A stretch of 64,000 nucleotides of DNA from an uncultured archaeon. GTDB taxonomy: Archaea; Asgardarchaeota; Thorarchaeia; Thorarchaeales; Thorarchaeaceae. Under the pieces are notes generated by a model. It searched no databases. It had not been told where the DNA came from and saw only the letters and a list, made by a program, of their open reading frames with translations. Below, in pieces: positions 59,081 through 64,000 of this stretch; position 1 is the stretch's first letter; each line of letters begins with the position of its first letter. Where the stretch lies: assembly GCA_964558645.1 (NCBI GenBank), contig CAZLEV010000002.1:160001-224000 (forward strand). The letters run 5' to 3'. The position numbers were made by a program, and so were the translations under genes.

Positions 59081-59776
59081 TCAAGAAATGATTGCTCCAA
59101 TTTCCGGAAGATGTCCTCCAAAGACAAGATATAGAAATCCGATTGCAGACAGAGCTAGCACCAGGTATGCCAGTTTGTTCCACTTGACAATCTTCTTACC
59201 GTCAAAGGGTCCAGCCGGGATCAGGTTAAAGAGCCCGATCCATGCGTTCAATAACACACCATAAGCCGCCACTGACGAGACCAGTGTGTAAGGCATGAAC
59301 AGAGCTAGGACTAGAAACACGCCCGCTATCGACAGGCTCCCTGCGACACCGGCCGCTGCTATCTTGCCGTGACTTTCCTCATCCACTTCTCTTGATATTA
59401 CAACAGCACCGGGAGCGGCAAACACGAAACCGATGAACGCCATTAAGAGGGCCAGTATCAACATCTGATTGGATGCAACGAATGCAGCTCTGTGTCCAAG
59501 TTTTTGAGCAGTGTACTTGTGGCAGAGCTCGTGAGCAACAAAACCCAGACCCACCGTGACCAGTGCAATGAGAAACCCGCTAAGAATCACATTGAGGGAT
59601 TGTCCACCTGTAGCAATGGCAAAGGCAAGCGAGATAGCGACCAATGCCTTCAGAATATCTATCAACTCGGTCATGGGGTCCAGTTGCCGTGGTTGTCCAT
59701 CAGATTCCACGCTCTTGTTGCCTTCACTTTCTTCTTCAGCTAGCAGGTTTCCGTCTTCATTGTCTGCAAGACTCAT
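59081..59776 (-). CDS. M50 site-2 intramembrane metalloprotease
   Basis: HELCH and NLIPAGPFDG motifs; multiple TMs. Confidence 0.92.
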   Translation of the reverse strand: MSLADNEDGNLLAEEESEGNKSVESDGQPRQLDPMTELIDILKALVAISLAFAIATGGQSLNVILSGFLIALVTVGLGFVAHELCHKYTAQKLGHRAAFVASNQMLILALLMAFIGFVFAAPGAVVISREVDEESHGKIAAAGVAGSLSIAGVFLVLALFMPYTLVSSVAAYGVLLNAWIGLFNLIPAGPFDGKKIVKWNKLAYLVLALSAIGFLYLVFGGHLPEIGAIIS

Positions 59777-59957
59777 GTTCCATCATCCAATCAACGCGCC
59801 GTACGAACAGGACTTCAAGCGAAGCCAGACAGGTCACAGTGGTCAATGCCACCATCTCACCTATGGATCTGGGCGTATGCGCTTTACACAACACCGGATG
59901 GGGGCTCTATTAAGATTGTCGATAGTTAATTCCAGGACCTCCCAGCATTGGTGAACG

Positions 59958-60722
59958 ATGGGTTTATTCGGAGTTTGTCTCCTGCGTGAAACAACAGTTT
60001 CGGAGGAATATAGGCTGGCAAGACGCAAGACAGTTCTACTCACGATTGCCATTATCACAGTCATCACTGTGTTTTCTTATGTTGCGGTCGTTGGTTTGCA
60101 GTTGGGAATAGATGAACCGGTTCTTGGAATGCCAATCGTGGAGACCGATAGAATAGAGAGACTATCACCATATCATGCCCCGGACTGGGGAGAGCCTGGA
60201 GTCTTCCATAACGGAATCGATCTGATCATCTCCGATGACGTCACAATCGTTTCCCCCGTGAAGGGAGTGATTTCCTCCATAACTGAGAGAGTCAATCCCT
60301 ATGCAGGTAATGTTCTCTTTGCCATCACGATTGCAGTGAATCTGGCATGGGAGGTCAAACTTGTATTAGAGCCCGGTTTTCTTGATAGCACGAACAATTC
60401 TCTGCAGAGCGAGGCGATTGGTGCTGAAGAGGGGCAGAACGTGAATACCGGAGAGGTGCTTGCAACGCTGCTTCATAGTGAGAGGTATCCACACTTGCAC
60501 TACATGCTGCTGAACTTTGGATCCGATGTCTGTGCCTACAATTACTCTTCAAGTGCAGCAAAGTCAACCTTCGAGAACATCGCGGATATCTCCAACAGCA
60601 CGATTCTGCTTCCACATGAACAATCTAATCCAATGTCAGGCTCAGCTATTGCCGTTCCAATTACGATAGTAGGTGCAGAAGTTCTCATCGGTGCCCTGGT
60701 AGTTCGTCGGATGAAAGAGTAG
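59958..60722 (+). CDS. Membrane-anchored M23-family metallopeptidase-like protein
   Basis: HNGIDL (HxxxD), SPVKGVI, GQNVNTGEVLA, PHLHY (HxH); TMs at both ends. Confidence 0.8.
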   Translation: MGLFGVCLLRETTVSEEYRLARRKTVLLTIAIITVITVFSYVAVVGLQLGIDEPVLGMPIVETDRIERLSPYHAPDWGEPGVFHNGIDLIISDDVTIVSPVKGVISSITERVNPYAGNVLFAITIAVNLAWEVKLVLEPGFLDSTNNSLQSEAIGAEEGQNVNTGEVLATLLHSERYPHLHYMLLNFGSDVCAYNYSSSAAKSTFENIADISNSTILLPHEQSNPMSGSAIAVPITIVGAEVLIGALVVRRMKE

Positions 60723-60860
60723 AGCAAAGCAGACGTAAGGCGGTTCTACACTACCGGTTGCAGACCAATCTCAACGCGTCTACGCGCCTTATTGGAAAAT
60801 CTCCTCCGGGAAGAATGCATATTATCTCTCGCGACATAACAATGGTGAGGTCAAATCGCG

Positions 60861-61085
60861 ATGGTTATTGCAATTGTTCTCATACATGTCACGGGCGGAA
60901 AAGCCAAAGAGGTCTACGAAGCACTCGGTAAGCTGAGCGGCGTCAAACAAGTTCATCTTGTGACCGGGCCATACGACGTTATTGCATATGTCGATCTTCC
61001 GGATCGGGCCGAGTATAGAGGCGTAATTTTTGAGATCCATGAGATTCCGGGAGTCGCACAGACAGAGACCTGTATTGCCCTCTAG
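60861..61085 (+). CDS. Stand-alone Lrp/AsnC ligand-binding (RAM) domain protein
   Basis: VHLVTGPYDVIA..IPGVAQTET. Confidence 0.9.
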   Translation: MVIAIVLIHVTGGKAKEVYEALGKLSGVKQVHLVTGPYDVIAYVDLPDRAEYRGVIFEIHEIPGVAQTETCIAL

Positions 61086-61388
61086 GGCGCTGTATCATTC
61101 GAAGGCGGAGAGCCCAAGGTAGACCACTGCCTGTATGGTGTCACAGCATAATCTCTGGCCTACAGCACCTGTAGAATGTGGCAGTGAATGCTAGGGCCAT
61201 GTACAATGCGTATTTTTTCAGACTACTCTCGAAAAAGAAAAAGAGAGAGAAGACTAATATGATGTTTCTGCGCTCAATACAAGAGTTGCATCTGGGAGAA
61301 GAACGAATACAGCAATCCCCTGGCGGCCATGTTGGGACCGACATTGACTCACATCAAAGGCACTCCCATTCAAGGAGAGAGAGTATCA

Positions 61389-64000
61389 ATGGGTTCGAAG
61401 AGAAACGCATTCCTGTTCCTAGCATTCGTTGGCGTCCTGACAGTACTACTGAGTGCTACGCCGATTCTATCTTCCACCTTAGATATCCGCGAGAATGACC
61501 ACTGGGAATACCCTGTAGAAAGCAACCCGGAGTCAGGATACTCTGTTTCTGATAGGGAGCAGCATTCGCCCATCACGATCACGGGGAACAGTCAATTTGC
61601 TTCAATGGCCCAAGAGAATGGATGGCCGGGTTCAGGAGCTGCTGGCGACCCCTATGTGATTACAGGCCTAGAGATTGATGTCGGAGGAGAGTGGGGCAGC
61701 TGTATCACTATCGAGGCTACCGATGTCCATTTCCAGATATCTGACTGCCTGCTGAAGGGAGCAAGCATCGGTGATGGATACGGCGAGGGGTGCGGCATCC
61801 GACTCGTTGACGTACAGAATGGCGAACTGAGAAATAACATCTTGCCTGGCAACCAAATCGGAATAGCCCTGGGCACACCTGACCAGTTCAGTGCGAGTAC
61901 TGCATCAAGTTTCATTGTCATAGAGGGAAATGATCTTAGTGGCTCTACCGAAGGGATTGTAGTCCGTGGATCTTCTGACAATACAATAGAGGATAACACA
62001 TGTAATGGTTGTGCATTCGGGATTCAAGTCGATCACACATATGACGCCATCACTGAGGAGTTAGTTCGTTCCCAGCGGAACATCATCCGTCGGAATACAA
62101 TAGGGTTCTCCAGTGATGTCGGTATCATGGTCAGGATATCCGATCAGATATCGATTACTGAGAACGTGATACGCCGTGGCCTCGGAAAAGGAGTAAGCAT
62201 TCAGGATGTGACAAACACAGCTCTCTCAGAAAACATCCTACTGAACAACAAAGTGAACGCAGAATTTGGTATCGCCCTGAGCGCGAGCACTGTCGACTCA
62301 AACCTCTGGTCAGACTATGATGGTGTTGATGCAGACTATGATGGTATTGGTGACACTCCCTACACAGGACCAGGCTTCGAAGACCACCATCCCAGGATAT
62401 GGCTCAGCGGCTACCGGCTCCCACTGGTGATTGATGGCGACTCCGATCTTGAAGAACGAGCACTGGGAGAGGGTTGGGGCGGGGATGGTAGTTCAAGCAA
62501 CCCGTACGTCTTTGAGAATTACCGCATTGAGGGCAGCAGTGATGCCTGTGTCAGCATCAATCGCCTGATATCAAAACATGTTGCCATTCGGAGTTGTCAT
62601 CTATCGTATGGAACATCCGGGATTCATATTGAAAACGTGAACACATTCGTGACTGTTGAACAGAACACAATCTCTGAGACCGACCACGGGGTCTTGCTCC
62701 AGGCGGACTTGTCAGAACCGTACGCTGAACCATTCGCGAACATCGTTGACAATCAGTTCACGAATAATGGTGTTGGAGTCTTTCTCTCACAGGCCGGTTG
62801 CTTGATGAGTTTCAATATTATCACGGGCAGCCGAGGTTTCGGAGTCTATGCCGAGAACTCACGAAATGTGGACATCTCAGACAATAGAATAGCCGAGTCG
62901 GAATCAGATGGCATCCACCTGTATAATGTACACGAGTTCTCTCTCAGTTTGAACAACTGCTCTGCCAATGGGGGGCATGGACTCGTTCTTGAGGACTGTA
63001 CAGGGTCCGTGGACCCAGATGGAATTGGATGGCTAGAACAGAACATCCTCTCATACAACGAATATGGATTGTATCTTGGTGCAGGTACAGCAGATTGTGG
63101 TTTCCGGGGCAATGTTGTCAGGGGGCGTACTGCTGATGCGGTAGACCATGGAACTGGAAACATCTTCCAGCAGAATACATGGTGGGGTTACACTGGAGTT
63201 GATTTGAACAATGACGGAATTGGTGATACCCCGTATGCATTCACAGGTAACCACGACCCGACTCCAGTATTCCCGTTGTACTGGGTGACTGCCCCCACTG
63301 ATCAGCAGATGGAGACTGTCGAGCCGTTCATCTATGACCTCGACGCCGAGTCATCCTGGCCTGATCTTACCTGGAGCATCAATGATACTCGGTTCACAGT
63401 GAGCAACGACGGAGTCATTGAAAACGCGACTCCGTTGGTTGAGCAGTTCTATCCATTAGAGGTTACGGTGGAGGGGGGAGGAGTTCTATCCGACACCTTC
63501 ACTCTTGCGGTCGTACAAGATATTGAACCACCGGAAACCACTGCTGACGTATTGGGGGAGATGGGGTTGAATGGATGGTATACCTCCGAGGTCACAGTGA
63601 CTCTCACAGCAGAGGACTATCCAGAAAACACCGGTCTGGGAGTGGACTACATTGAGTATCATGTTGAGGTGTCTGCTGATACTTCGGGAAGTGGGTCGAG
63701 CAGTTCGACAACGATCAAACCTGCAACTATTGCGCCGTTCTGGCAGCTCTACGATGGACCCATTCTTGTCGGGGATGAGGGGGCTATTACAGTCTACTTC
63801 AGAGCAGTTGACCTTGCCGGGAATGTCGAGGATACCAAGTCTGTCACATTCTACATTGACAAGAGTGCTCCTGAAACCTCTGCAGCCCTGGCTGGCGACT
63901 TTACATCGACAATGTGGTACTATACAGATGTGGAAGTCACCCTCACAGCAACGGATGCATATTCTGGGGTCTCCAGTATTTTATACAGCTTTGACGGAGA
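61389..64000 (+). CDS. Large secreted beta-helix (NosD/CASH) plus Ig-like repeat surface protein (runs off window end)
   Basis: Absent from the ORF track because it has no stop in the window. ATG 61389 MGSKRNAFLFLAFVG..; GWPGSGAAGDPYVI and a second GWGGDGSSSNPYV module; DGIGDTPY twice; then PPETT..NGWYTSEVTVTLTAED..DLAGNVE Ig-like repeats. Confidence 0.88.
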   Translation, partial: MGSKRNAFLFLAFVGVLTVLLSATPILSSTLDIRENDHWEYPVESNPESGYSVSDREQHSPITITGNSQFASMAQENGWPGSGAAGDPYVITGLEIDVGGEWGSCITIEATDVHFQISDCLLKGASIGDGYGEGCGIRLVDVQNGELRNNILPGNQIGIALGTPDQFSASTASSFIVIEGNDLSGSTEGIVVRGSSDNTIEDNTCNGCAFGIQVDHTYDAITEELVRSQRNIIRRNTIGFSSDVGIMVRISDQISITENVIRRGLGKGVSIQDVTNTALSENILLNNKVNAEFGIALSASTVDSNLWSDYDGVDADYDGIGDTPYTGPGFEDHHPRIWLSGYRLPLVIDGDSDLEERALGEGWGGDGSSSNPYVFENYRIEGSSDACVSINRLISKHVAIRSCHLSYGTSGIHIENVNTFVTVEQNTISETDHGVLLQADLSEPYAEPFANIVDNQFTNNGVGVFLSQAGCLMSFNIITGSRGFGVYAENSRNVDISDNRIAESESDGIHLYNVHEFSLSLNNCSANGGHGLVLEDCTGSVDPDGIGWLEQNILSYNEYGLYLGAGTADCGFRGNVVRGRTADAVDHGTGNIFQQNTWWGYTGVDLNNDGIGDTPYAFTGNHDPTPVFPLYWVTAPTDQQMETVEPFIYDLDAESSWPDLTWSINDTRFTVSNDGVIENATPLVEQFYPLEVTVEGGGVLSDTFTLAVVQDIEPPETTADVLGEMGLNGWYTSEVTVTLTAEDYPENTGLGVDYIEYHVEVSADTSGSGSSSSTTIKPATIAPFWQLYDGPILVGDEGAITVYFRAVDLAGNVEDTKSVTFYIDKSAPETSAALAGDFTSTMWYYTDVEVTLTATDAYSGVSSILYSFDG

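Noticed and set aside
61652-63254. Minus-strand ORFs listed near the window end
   Set aside because: They are shadows of the long plus-strand surface-protein gene starting at 61389.
1-64000. CRISPR arrays, tRNA/rRNA genes, integrases, reverse transcriptases
   Set aside because: No repeat-spacer periodicity, tRNA-like structure or catalytic motifs found by eye; a covariance-model search was not possible.

Overview
Gene-dense archaeal window with no rRNA, tRNA, CRISPR array or intact transposase visible. The gene families present suggest an Asgard archaeon of the Thorarchaeia type. This is inferred from signal-peptide/TM-anchored prenyltransferase-repeat and beta-helix surface proteins, a tandem-wHTH Lrp-like regulator and GGTG-type Shine-Dalgarno sites; no marker gene is present. 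Contents in order: (1) 0-5.8 kb: SAM methyltransferase, CPBP/Rce1-type protease, and a pair made of a caspase/CHAT-like His-Cys protein and a prenyltransferase-beta-like barrel. (2) Acyl-CoA dehydrogenase and a beta-helix surface protein. (3) 9.3-17.2 kb: a candidate defence island with a HARE-HTH/EVE/PD-(D/E)XK nuclease, a tandem thioredoxin, an NLR-like HEPN-NB-ARC-TPR-cold-shock protein, GmrSD and a small NPxx-repeat peptide. (4) A catalase-containing segment bracketed by diverged ~550-bp direct repeats that carry a conserved palindrome. (5) CBS/CGL transsulfuration genes, an APH kinase and an esterase. (6) A decaying zone with three pseudogenes, toxin-antitoxin-like pairs and two mirror-image ABC exporter operons sharing a perfect 98-bp inverted repeat. 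(7) A secreted-hydrolase cluster: LTD-metallopeptidase, Zn phospholipase C/P1 nuclease and a propeptide-less Tk-subtilisin-like protease. (8) A Liv-type importer operon with an acyl-CoA ligase, a non-canonical FabH and two hydrolases. (9) M50 and M23 peptidases and a large surface protein running off the window end. All family calls are motif-based; no searches were run.
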